From the IMG/VR virus record IMGVR_UViG_3300021256_004135, positions 1-64,000 of that record: DNA of 64,000 nt, one strand, 5' to 3'. Both the position numbers and the translations under genes were made by a program. Below, in pieces: positions 7,133-15,861 of this stretch (positions within the stretch are counted from its first letter, which is position 1; every line of letters starts with the position of its first letter). Under the pieces are notes generated by a model. The model did no database searches, was not told where the DNA came from, and worked only from the letters and a program-made list of their open reading frames with translations. This DNA is from a virus (taxonomy: Duplodnaviria > Caudoviricetes).

Positions 7133-9475
7133 CTATTGTTTCGGTGTGACAACCAGCAATTCCGGCACTCCTATCGATGCCTGGCTTGCCACGCACATAC
7201 CCTCTCCAGTTCTCGGGTCTATGGTGCAGTGCTGCAAGCCCAACTCGTTGACAATAGGGTCGTTCTTCTGATTGATAAGAGACTTGCTCAACAAAGTGCT
7301 GCGGAGCTTGTTGAACTCCCCCTTGATGGTCAGGAACACCTCGTTGGCGGAATAGAGGCTGTTAATCATCTCGTTAATCTTGTTTCTGTCTGTGTTCTGC
7401 TTGCCAGTAAGGTCGTTGACCGTAGCCATAGACACCAGCCGCACGCCGCGTATGTCGGCATCCGCCTCCCTGATGATGCGCGACATCGGGCTGAACCGTG
7501 GAAAGATATGGGGATTGGGGCGCGGACGTGGCCGCACACGCATGGCCTCCACGGTCTCCGAGAGGTGCTTCGTCCAGTTGAATTTCAGCATCACAGCATT
7601 GGTGAGGGTGAGTTCGATGGAGCGGGGGTTGTTGAGGTACTGGCGGATGCCGGTGACACGCATCACAAGACCCTTGTAGCCGAAGAGCTGCACGTCAGTG
7701 ACCCTGATATGCTGGCCGAGGGAGAAGTATTCGGAGTGTTTGATATACAGAGGCTCGTACAGCTCGGTGTAGCGTTCCACATATTCATCCCACATCCGTT
7801 TTGCCCAGAGGCCGTCCACCGTGCCGTTGAAGGTGTAGTCCTCGCTGCCGTGGCGGTAGAGGTAATCTGTCATCTCTCTCAATGCTCGGTACTCCGCACC
7901 GTACTGGATGCCGCTGACATACTCCTCCGGCATAAGGCAATGGAACACCACATAGTGGTCGCCCACGGCAGGCACGAACAAGTCCTTGGGCATGATGATG
8001 CCGTCCTGGTCGGACTGGCAGAGCGGAATGCGCCACGCCTGCACAGGCTGGTTGTTGCTGTCGTAGAGGGTTTTGAGACTGACATTGGGATGCACGTTCT
8101 CACCCTCCCCCACGGTCTGTATCTCAAACTCCCTTCCCGCCAGCATCCCGTCCTGGAAGATGACCGTCATGGTCTCCCCAGGGGCGCAGAGGTTGGTGAG
8201 GTCGGGGCTGTCGATGTCGCAGATGTCGTAGTAGACCTCCGCACCGCTGTTTATCTGGCTCTGTGTGAGTTGCGTTCCGTTTGCACTGACCTGCAGGACA
8301 GCGTTCACGCCACCCACACGCATGGGGTATATCTCCGAAGCATCGAAAGCGGCCTCGACAGAGGTGCCGCGAGGGGAATAGTCGGGGTCGTAGTAGGTAT
8401 GTCTCACACGCTGGAGACTGTGGCCGTCATCGCTGGTTAGGAAGCAGGGCGTGGGAACCATCAGCAGATAGTCGAAGCGGTTGCCCTTGTCATCATACAA
8501 GACCTCATAGACATGCTCCCCAGTCTCCATTATCTGGTAGTCCTTGGCTTGGATATAGGTCTCGCCGTCGGCGGTTGTCCTGACGGTGGGGTTCTTGGAG
8601 AAGTAGAAAGCACCTCCGCTGTAGAAGCAGGCCACGCGCTTGGGGAGCAGCAGGGTCTGGCTGCGCTCGCCCTCATAGGTGGTGATGTCGTTCTCGGTGA
8701 CGGCGGTCTGGCCGTAGTGTTCGGGGATGTTCTGCTCGCCGCCGTGAATATAGAGGCGGTCGACGGGAGGCATGTCGCTGTCGTTGCGGCGCATGATGCC
8801 GCTGACGAAGCCGCCGCCCTTTCCATACCGCATCGGGAGCGGATGGTCGCGGTGGTACTCCACGCGGTGCAGAGCCACATAGTAGGTGTGCGTGCCGTCT
8901 GCCTCGACATCGGTCACTTCATACTCCGTCATAAAGGCATCGGCAACGGCTTTGACGGCATCCACGCAGTAGGCAAACTCATAGCATACCAGTTTCTTGT
9001 CGCCGTTATCGGCATAGCGGTTTCCGTCACGGCCTATGTAGGCTCCGTTGCTCTTCTGCTCCATGCCCTCGGTGTTGGCGTAGTCCACCTGCCAGGGGTT
9101 TCCGTCGCTGGCGGCGTTGAGGCAGTTGCAAACCATCTGGAGGTGTCCTCTGGCCGTCTCGGTGAAGGGGAACTTCAAGCGGTGGTCGGTGAGGTTGCGC
9201 ATCAAGGTGATATGCAGCAGATAGCCGATGGTGTACATCGTCATCACATAGTCATACTGACGCTCACTGACCTTGGTGACTTCGGGAGCGGCAAACAGTG
9301 TGTAACGCCGTCCGTCGAAGATGGTGTACGACTGGAGCGGCACGCTGACGCTCTGCTCCAGCGAGAAACGCACGGCCAGCAGGTCGAAGCCCATGAGCTG
9401 CGTGTCGCGGTAGCTGTCATCGTCCACCTCCACGGTGAGGAGAACCGTGCCATTGGGTCTGTACAAGGTCATCAT
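7133..9475 (-). CDS. Tail tip / baseplate hub (Tal-like) protein
   Basis: 780 aa, downstream of a Dit-like gene; LPMRYGKGGG, YIHGGEQNIP and IYP motifs of Bacteroidota phage tail proteins. Confidence 0.7.
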   Translation of the reverse strand: MMTLYRPNGTVLLTVEVDDDSYRDTQLMGFDLLAVRFSLEQSVSVPLQSYTIFDGRRYTLFAAPEVTKVSERQYDYVMTMYTIGYLLHITLMRNLTDHRLKFPFTETARGHLQMVCNCLNAASDGNPWQVDYANTEGMEQKSNGAYIGRDGNRYADNGDKKLVCYEFAYCVDAVKAVADAFMTEYEVTDVEADGTHTYYVALHRVEYHRDHPLPMRYGKGGGFVSGIMRRNDSDMPPVDRLYIHGGEQNIPEHYGQTAVTENDITTYEGERSQTLLLPKRVACFYSGGAFYFSKNPTVRTTADGETYIQAKDYQIMETGEHVYEVLYDDKGNRFDYLLMVPTPCFLTSDDGHSLQRVRHTYYDPDYSPRGTSVEAAFDASEIYPMRVGGVNAVLQVSANGTQLTQSQINSGAEVYYDICDIDSPDLTNLCAPGETMTVIFQDGMLAGREFEIQTVGEGENVHPNVSLKTLYDSNNQPVQAWRIPLCQSDQDGIIMPKDLFVPAVGDHYVVFHCLMPEEYVSGIQYGAEYRALREMTDYLYRHGSEDYTFNGTVDGLWAKRMWDEYVERYTELYEPLYIKHSEYFSLGQHIRVTDVQLFGYKGLVMRVTGIRQYLNNPRSIELTLTNAVMLKFNWTKHLSETVEAMRVRPRPRPNPHIFPRFSPMSRIIREADADIRGVRLVSMATVNDLTGKQNTDRNKINEMINSLYSANEVFLTIKGEFNKLRSTLLSKSLINQKNDPIVNELGLQHCTIDPRTGEGMCVASQASIGVPELLVVTPKQ

Positions 9476-9966
9476 TGTCCGCTGTTAAGTTGAGTCAGTA
9501 TGGAGAATTTCAAGTAGATGGCCTTATCTGTCATCAGAGCCTCCATGAGGTAGGTGGCACCCGTGACAAATCTGAACTCCCCAGCCACAGGCTGCATGAC
9601 CATGACGGGGGTGTTCTTGGTGTCGGAAACTATGACCCTCTCATTCGCAGCCTTGAAGATGACGGAAAAGCGTGCGAAAGGTATGTTGAAGCCTATCACG
9701 ATGGTGGAGACGCGGTCTACAGTGCTGTAGAGTATTCCGCTCTGGAAGAACTTGGCTGTCAGTTCAATCTTTCCGCCGCTGGCGGTGATGTCCATCTGGG
9801 CGTTGCAGGGCAGATAGAGTTCCGACAAGAGTTTGTCGCGCACCCTGTCGGGCGAGATCCTGCTCATCTTGCCGGTGGAGAGGTCGAAACCATACATCTC
9901 GAAGGACGTATTGCTCTGCGACGGCAGCGTGGAACCTTGTACCACTTCTATCTCTGTCAATGCCAT
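9472..9966 (-). CDS. Hypothetical tail-region protein
   Basis: In-operon ORF with ATGA coupling to the next gene. Confidence 0.55.
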   Translation of the reverse strand: MALTEIEVVQGSTLPSQSNTSFEMYGFDLSTGKMSRISPDRVRDKLLSELYLPCNAQMDITASGGKIELTAKFFQSGILYSTVDRVSTIVIGFNIPFARFSVIFKAANERVIVSDTKNTPVMVMQPVAGEFRFVTGATYLMEALMTDKAIYLKFSILTQLNSGQ

Positions 9967-9970
9967 AGTC

Positions 9971-10891
9971 TTATACGTTTATTGCCAAAGCTCTGTTATC
10001 CGAATCAACCAGTATCGCGCCGCTCTCCGTACCCAGCACACGCACCACGATTATCTCCTCCGCCGTGCCGTAGTTAAGCACGGTGAGAGTGACGCTAAAG
10101 TCGCACCAGACCTCGCCATTATCAGTTATACGGAAGGTCTTGATGCTGTTGCTCTTGTAGTGACAGCCAAAGGAATAGCCCATCGCCGTCAGCGTGCGCT
10201 CCTGCGGAAGGAGCAGCTCGGTGAAGAGGGCATCCCAATACGTCCAGAAGGTGCCGATGTTGGCGGTATGGAGATGAAGGTTAAGGGTGAGGTCGCGGCT
10301 CTTGACGCATACCGTTCCGCCCTCGTCATAGGTGCTGCCGGCGCTGTACTTGGAGTTACGGCGGAGCCGCTGGCGTATGTCTGCCCAACGACGGACGTTG
10401 GCCTCGGTGCCTTCCGTGACCCTGCACCCGAAACGAGCAAGGTCTATGTTGTCGAGGCGGTAGCCGTCGCTCTGCACGACATTGGCCGTTGGAGGCGTGA
10501 CGCTGCGTCTGATTATCTCGTCCTCCGCGAAGGTGAGCGTGGGGATGCCGTGCCGCATGTATAGGGAGAGGTTGCCGTTGCTGACAAGGCGCAGACGATA
10601 GGTCTTGGCGAGACGGGGGAAGTAAAAGTCGTGATAGACAGCGGACTTCAGCATCGCGAGGAAGGCATCCGCACTGGCTATATTCCTTATGTGGAACGAC
10701 AACTGAATCTGGCGGCTGTCGAGGACAGGTAGGTCAAGGTCTGCCTCCACGCCGTCATATTCCGCCCAGTCGTTGTAGGCCACGGCCTTCAACGGCGGCA
10801 TCTGCACCAATGCCTTGCCGCAGCCGTCCTGAAGGTACACCCCATAGGCGGTAAAGGCATCGGTATCATCTATTTTCATGCGTCCCTGCAT
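9971..10891 (-). CDS. Distal tail (Dit-like) protein
   Basis: Two similar halves, NDWAEYDGVEADL motif; first tail gene after the tape measure. Confidence 0.6.
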   Translation of the reverse strand: MQGRMKIDDTDAFTAYGVYLQDGCGKALVQMPPLKAVAYNDWAEYDGVEADLDLPVLDSRQIQLSFHIRNIASADAFLAMLKSAVYHDFYFPRLAKTYRLRLVSNGNLSLYMRHGIPTLTFAEDEIIRRSVTPPTANVVQSDGYRLDNIDLARFGCRVTEGTEANVRRWADIRQRLRRNSKYSAGSTYDEGGTVCVKSRDLTLNLHLHTANIGTFWTYWDALFTELLLPQERTLTAMGYSFGCHYKSNSIKTFRITDNGEVWCDFSVTLTVLNYGTAEEIIVVRVLGTESGAILVDSDNRALAINV

Positions 10892-10912
10892 CGTGCGGAA
10901 GAAATTTCACGA

Positions 10913-10991
10913 TGCAAAAGTACGCACTATTTTCAAGGTATAAAGCCTTTTGAATCAGCGCGTTTTGGATGATTTTCCATCATCCAAAAGA
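10913..10991 (-). promoter_or_regulatory. Putative late promoter/operator element, copy 1
   Basis: Minus-strand TACTTTTG plus inverted repeat TTTTGGATGA-N7-TCATCCAAAA; closely similar to 26315-26393. Confidence 0.7.
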
Positions 10992-11019
10992 TTGTAAAAA
11001 AAGGGTGTAAAAAGATAGG

Positions 11020-11727
11020 CTATGAGAGGTATTCCATCCACAGCCTCTTATTCTCTTTCCAGAACTTATCGGGCGAGAATCCAGGGGCTGGCCTATACAT
11101 GGTATCAGTTATCTTGATGTCAGTCAGCATATTCAAAGGCCATATCTTTTCTATACGATAGTTTGTATGACCCAGAACATACCAGACGTAATCCTTCAAA
11201 ACCAAGCCCCTCGGCTCAAAATGCTCTTGAAAATATGGAAATCTGTTCTTCGGGTCATGGTAGTATAAATCAACACACTTCTGCTGGCGGATGGCATCCA
11301 TCAGGATATTCACATTCTCCACTCCAGTGGACTTGCAATCGATGTACATATACTTCTTGTCCTCTTCCGAATCCTGAAACTGCCTCATTGCCGCCGATGC
11401 CTCAAAAGCCATAAGGAACGGCATTGTCCAAGGATTGCTATCGCTCTTCGGTTCTTCCACCAAACGGTAACGATACCTTCTGTTTTCTTCCGACAATGCT
11501 TTCTTTCCAACCTCGTGCTGCAGGCGGCTATCGCACTCTATTTTGATGCCAAATCTGTCGCGGAGTTCTTTCAGATAGTTATGGAATGTCCTTTTGGGCA
11601 GAATCTTCTCCATATTCGGCTCATCGACAAGTTTGTCTATCAATTGGTCGAATGTGATGCCAGTCTCTCCGGCTCTGCGGAACTGTGCAACCAGCCAAGA
11701 AAGCATTTCCAAATTTTTGTAGTCCAT
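11020..11727 (-). CDS. WYL-domain transcriptional regulator
   Basis: N-terminal wHTH (LPKRTFHNYLKELRDRFGIKI) and a WYL domain (AIRQQKCVDLYY, EPRGL...WYVLG). Confidence 0.8.
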   Translation of the reverse strand: MDYKNLEMLSWLVAQFRRAGETGITFDQLIDKLVDEPNMEKILPKRTFHNYLKELRDRFGIKIECDSRLQHEVGKKALSEENRRYRYRLVEEPKSDSNPWTMPFLMAFEASAAMRQFQDSEEDKKYMYIDCKSTGVENVNILMDAIRQQKCVDLYYHDPKNRFPYFQEHFEPRGLVLKDYVWYVLGHTNYRIEKIWPLNMLTDIKITDTMYRPAPGFSPDKFWKENKRLWMEYLS

Positions 11728-11922
11728 CTGATGTTTTTTTTCTCCGTGCAAAGGTACAAAAAATAATTTGTATGCAAAATAAATGTCACACAAGTGTTAA
11801 AGTACCAGACCATAAAATATTTATAAATCAACAATCTAACCACCTTCAAAAAAGATAATAAAAAGACCTCTTCGTATTACTAATGTAGAGCTCTCCCAAA
11901 ATAACATCAAAAAATAAACAAT

Positions 11923-13548
11923 ATGAAAACCGACAAAAAACAAATTTCAGAGCCTACAACCAACAACAAGGTGGAGGCGAAAAACAACAGTCAGTCGCCG
12001 AAGATTCCACCAACTCCCATTCCCATCGAGTTGGCTGACGTAGTGAAGAACGAGAATGAGTATCTGGAGTATCTCGTCTGGAAGGGAGCGGACGACCGCT
12101 ATGGGTATGATATAGGTGAGGAGATAAAAAGTCGAATCACTTATGAACTCAATGTGATTAAGAAAAAGGGTGTTGCAGGATATTTCCTGATGTTTTGGAA
12201 CATCGTCAGAGCTGCTCGTGAGGAACTGGGCGTGCTTGTGGGACCAGGAAGAGGACGCACACCTGGCTCCATCGTGGCTTACTGTCTACGCATCACCGAC
12301 ATTGACCCGATACGATATGGATTGCTTTTTGAGCGTTTCTATAGCACTCAGAGCAAGGGGCTTCCAGACATAGCCATAGACGTTGAAAGCGAAGGCAGGC
12401 AGAAAGTAATCACATGGTTAAAAAAATATTATGGCGAGAAATGCGTTGCACATATCATTACCCAAGGAACAACAGGCTTAAAGTATACTATGGCAGACTT
12501 ACAGCGAATGGAGAGGATGCCTATCGAAATGTACAACGCCCGTCAACGGTATATTCCAGAAAATGAACGGCACATTGGCATCGGTGCGATTAGTATTATC
12601 ATTGCGCCTGAAGACATTAGCAACATAGTGCCTGTATTCGAGGTATTTGACAAATCGAGCGGAGAGAAACTGCGCGCCATCGCAAATGATGACAGTGCTA
12701 TTAAGGATGCCGGACTTGTAAGAATAGGACTACTTGGGCTTAACGTGCTGTCTGTTATAAAGAGTTGTGTGTCCAGGATCAAGAAAACCACAGGCAAGGA
12801 AATCGATATGAAAGCCATTCCTCTCGATGACGAAGCCACCTTAAAAATCTTCAACGAAGGGAATACTATCGGCGTATTTCTGTTTGAGAGTACGGGTATG
12901 CGTATGAAACTGCGCAAATTGAGGTCACTGTCTTTCAAAGACCTTGTTGCCGCCGAAGCCCTCTATCGGCCAGGAACAATGGGTTTATTCGGAAAATTTA
13001 TAGACAGAATAAACAGAGAGGAAGATATAACATACCTCTTGCCGGAAATGGAGCAATGCCTGGGAAGTACCTACGGCCTAACTATCTATCAAGAGCAAAT
13101 CATCCAATTAAGCCAGATATTGGCCGGTTTCACCCCAGGTGAGAGTGCTGTTTTAATCAGAGCAATCTGCCTCAGAAAAAAGGACATTCTCGACTGGTTG
13201 GAAATACAATTCATGGATGGGGGAATGAAGAAAGGACATCCCAAAGATATCCTTGAACAGATATGGAACCAATGGAAAACGGAAGGGTGTAAAATATTCT
13301 ATAAAAGCCACTCAACATGTTACACAATGATGGCATTCCAGACAGCATACCTCAAGGCACACTATCCGGCAGAATTTATGGAAATATTGATAAACCAAGC
13401 CCGAGACGATGAAGCCCGAATGAATGAACTGATAGCTGATTGCCAAGCCAACGGACTTGTCGTAGAGGATGAGACTGCCAAGGTTAAGATTGGAGATGGC
13501 ATTGTTGTAAATATTGATAGAAAGAAGGTCAGAAATGCAAACCAATAA
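11923..13548 (+). CDS. Truncated DnaE-like (Pol III alpha) protein, predicted catalytically inactive
   Basis: VGPGRG, ITDIDP..YGLLFERF, GVFLFESTGM, LYRPG, YQEQ and KSHSTCY...YLKAHYPAEF motifs; PDIAID and GLVRIGLLGL replace PDxDxD and GLxKxDxLGL; no PHP or OB domain. Confidence 0.85.
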   Translation: MKTDKKQISEPTTNNKVEAKNNSQSPKIPPTPIPIELADVVKNENEYLEYLVWKGADDRYGYDIGEEIKSRITYELNVIKKKGVAGYFLMFWNIVRAAREELGVLVGPGRGRTPGSIVAYCLRITDIDPIRYGLLFERFYSTQSKGLPDIAIDVESEGRQKVITWLKKYYGEKCVAHIITQGTTGLKYTMADLQRMERMPIEMYNARQRYIPENERHIGIGAISIIIAPEDISNIVPVFEVFDKSSGEKLRAIANDDSAIKDAGLVRIGLLGLNVLSVIKSCVSRIKKTTGKEIDMKAIPLDDEATLKIFNEGNTIGVFLFESTGMRMKLRKLRSLSFKDLVAAEALYRPGTMGLFGKFIDRINREEDITYLLPEMEQCLGSTYGLTIYQEQIIQLSQILAGFTPGESAVLIRAICLRKKDILDWLEIQFMDGGMKKGHPKDILEQIWNQWKTEGCKIFYKSHSTCYTMMAFQTAYLKAHYPAEFMEILINQARDDEARMNELIADCQANGLVVEDETAKVKIGDGIVVNIDRKKVRNANQ

Positions 13549-13715
13549 AGACAACGAACTTGGTGTCATGTGTAAAATAAATGTAATGCAAAAGTTAATA
13601 TACCCGTGCGGAATTTTCACTCAAAACACTAACTGACAACTAATTGCATTTTTGATAAAAAGTTCTTGTTGGAAGTCATTCGTATTATATAAGCAGATAG
13701 TAATTGCAACACGGT

Positions 13716-14246
13716 ATGAAAACGACAAAGGAAAACACCCAGAAGAAGAGCCTCGACGAGGCCATCGCCAACGCCGCCAATGCGTGCAAAGTTATCTGCG
13801 CCATCAATGCCCGCTTCGCCCAGAATGGCCTCCCCATGCTCGTGATGAGCGACACCCACGGTATGACGGGAGAGAAAGGCAACCGCACCCTCTGTATCGA
13901 CAGCGACGACCTGGCTCTCCTCAACGCCATCAGTATGCGCGAGGCATTGCAAGTCGCTGACTTGGCTGTCAAAATCAAGCAGCGCGGCAACAATCCCTAC
14001 CCTCCTATCAATGTAATTCTCAGCGGCGACACCCGCAGGGGAATGTATTGGGCAAATCTGCTGGATGAGCTGCTGGCCCTCCACCTCAAGAGCCTGCCGT
14101 TCTCCTCGCTCTACCGCGGCAAGCACTATGATGGCAAGGGTCTCTTCATCATCGCCTCCGACCTGCCGGTGGCCGAGCTGAAAAGGGGCTTCCCGAAACT
14201 GTACTCTGATGTCATACTCCTGGAGGAAACACCTTCGGGAGTATGA
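13716..14246 (+). CDS. Hypothetical protein
   Basis: 176-aa ORF with GC-rich codon bias. Confidence 0.6.
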   Translation: MKTTKENTQKKSLDEAIANAANACKVICAINARFAQNGLPMLVMSDTHGMTGEKGNRTLCIDSDDLALLNAISMREALQVADLAVKIKQRGNNPYPPINVILSGDTRRGMYWANLLDELLALHLKSLPFSSLYRGKHYDGKGLFIIASDLPVAELKRGFPKLYSDVILLEETPSGV

Positions 14247-14321
14247 CTTCTCAATTGTTAAAAACTCGGCTGATTGAGAAGAAATTCGTATTTTTGCATT
14301 ATCAAATAAAACTATAATATT

Positions 14322-15047
14322 ATGAATATTACAAACAAAAAAGGAACAATTTTAAGAGATTTAGAGTCTTGGAGAAAAGGTTTTATCGAAGTTGACACAG
14401 AATTACATTGGCAAAAAGGATATAGTGCATATTCATTGGCCGAATTTATACTTAATCATAATGGATTGCATCTAATTAACAACCTGTTGCAAGAAGTATC
14501 TGACAAAAAGTATAACATAAGTTCCGCAATAAAGGCATGTATAGAGCATGAATCGAAGTTTGACAATTATAGACGGGGACGAATGCAGGATCTTGCCATT
14601 TTTGGAGAAAACGGAACTTTCTTTATTGGCGTTGAAGCAAAGGTAGATGAAACATTTGGTGGCACAATACAAGAGGCATACAATGACGGCGTAAAAGAAA
14701 AGGAAGAAAATCCTAATAGTAAAAAGACACAAAGAGTTCTTGAACTCGTAAAAAAATACTACAACCAGAACGACATAACAGAAGAAATCGGTAAGTATCG
14801 ATATCAGTTACTTCATTACCTCGCCGGTTCGATGGCTGAGAATTACAAACTTGTTCTTATGCCAGTAATCGTTTTTCATACCAAAGAATGCCCAATTGTC
14901 AATGGACCAAACAACAAACAGGACTATATTAACTTTATGAAGAGTCTGAATTTCAAAGAGTCGCATACAAAAGATGGTTATATGGCGTTTTACAACAATA
15001 TTGATGGCATAGAGATATACTCTTTCTACATAGAAATAGATTTATAA
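14322..15047 (+). CDS. PD-(D/E)XK-superfamily nuclease-like protein (DUF6946-like)
   Basis: EH...QDLAI...VEAKVDETFG and RYQLL motifs; own promoter TATTTTTG at 14289; AT-rich. Confidence 0.6.
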   Translation: MNITNKKGTILRDLESWRKGFIEVDTELHWQKGYSAYSLAEFILNHNGLHLINNLLQEVSDKKYNISSAIKACIEHESKFDNYRRGRMQDLAIFGENGTFFIGVEAKVDETFGGTIQEAYNDGVKEKEENPNSKKTQRVLELVKKYYNQNDITEEIGKYRYQLLHYLAGSMAENYKLVLMPVIVFHTKECPIVNGPNNKQDYINFMKSLNFKESHTKDGYMAFYNNIDGIEIYSFYIEIDL

Positions 15048-15049
15048 TT

Positions 15050-15649
15050 TTGACGATTCTCCACCTATCCGACACTCACGGCAAACATAGAGAACTCACC
15101 AATATGCCCTACGCTGACATACTGGTGCATAGCGGCGATTTCACTATGGCTGGCGGTGATATGGAAGCCCTTGACTTCATAGAATGGCTCTGTGATTTAC
15201 CCTACAAGCACAAAATTTTCATTGCCGGCAACCATGATGATTGTATGCTGGATGCCACGTTGGAAGGTCTGCCGAATGATGTGCATTATCTTTCCGATAG
15301 TGGTATCACCATTGACGGTATATCATTCTACGGAACTCCTATGTTTGTCACATTTGAGGGTGAGGATTTGAAAGAAATAGAACATTACGAACAAATACCA
15401 GACAACATTGATATTCTGATAACCCATCGTCCTCCTCTCGGCATTCTGGACAGTATCGATGACAAACTGCACTACGGCAGTTCCATTCTACTGGATAAGG
15501 TCTCTAAAATCAAACCCAAGATGCACCTATTCGGACACGTTCATGCCGCATACGGGACAATTGACTGGAAAGGAATAACATTCAGCAATGCTGGTGTTAC
15601 AGATTGGAAGTATGATGTTCGGTACGCCCCAAGGTTGCTGACATACTAA
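15050..15649 (+). CDS. Calcineurin-like metallophosphoesterase
   Basis: SDTH, HSGDFT, AGNHD, THRPP and FGHVH motifs. Confidence 0.9.
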   Translation: MTILHLSDTHGKHRELTNMPYADILVHSGDFTMAGGDMEALDFIEWLCDLPYKHKIFIAGNHDDCMLDATLEGLPNDVHYLSDSGITIDGISFYGTPMFVTFEGEDLKEIEHYEQIPDNIDILITHRPPLGILDSIDDKLHYGSSILLDKVSKIKPKMHLFGHVHAAYGTIDWKGITFSNAGVTDWKYDVRYAPRLLTY

Positions 15650-15861
15650 AAAGAGGCAGTCAACTCGTGACCGCCTCGCTTCACATTAAAAAATAGGGTT
15701 TATGAAAAACCTTTATGTATAAAAAAACGTAACTGTTCCAATATTATTGTATCTCGAAAACCAGGAAAAAAAGCGGCACCCTGAAAAAGAGTGCCGTTTC
15801 TTGTTTGTGATATTGTAACTTCCGGTGACATAATTACGCGATATTACCCGTTTTATTGTGT

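Noticed and set aside
3540-9475. Diversity-generating retroelement or invertible tail-fibre cassette
   Set aside because: No reverse transcriptase, TR/VR pair or invertase seen in the window; one could lie outside it.
11923-13548. Functional phage DNA polymerase III alpha or DnaE2 mutasome
   Set aside because: Two catalytic Asp equivalents are substituted, domains are missing, and no imuA/imuB genes are nearby.
13716-14246. Degenerate DnaC/IstB-like ATPase (LLDEL...IIASDL)
   Set aside because: No Walker A motif; the resemblance is too weak to call without a profile search.
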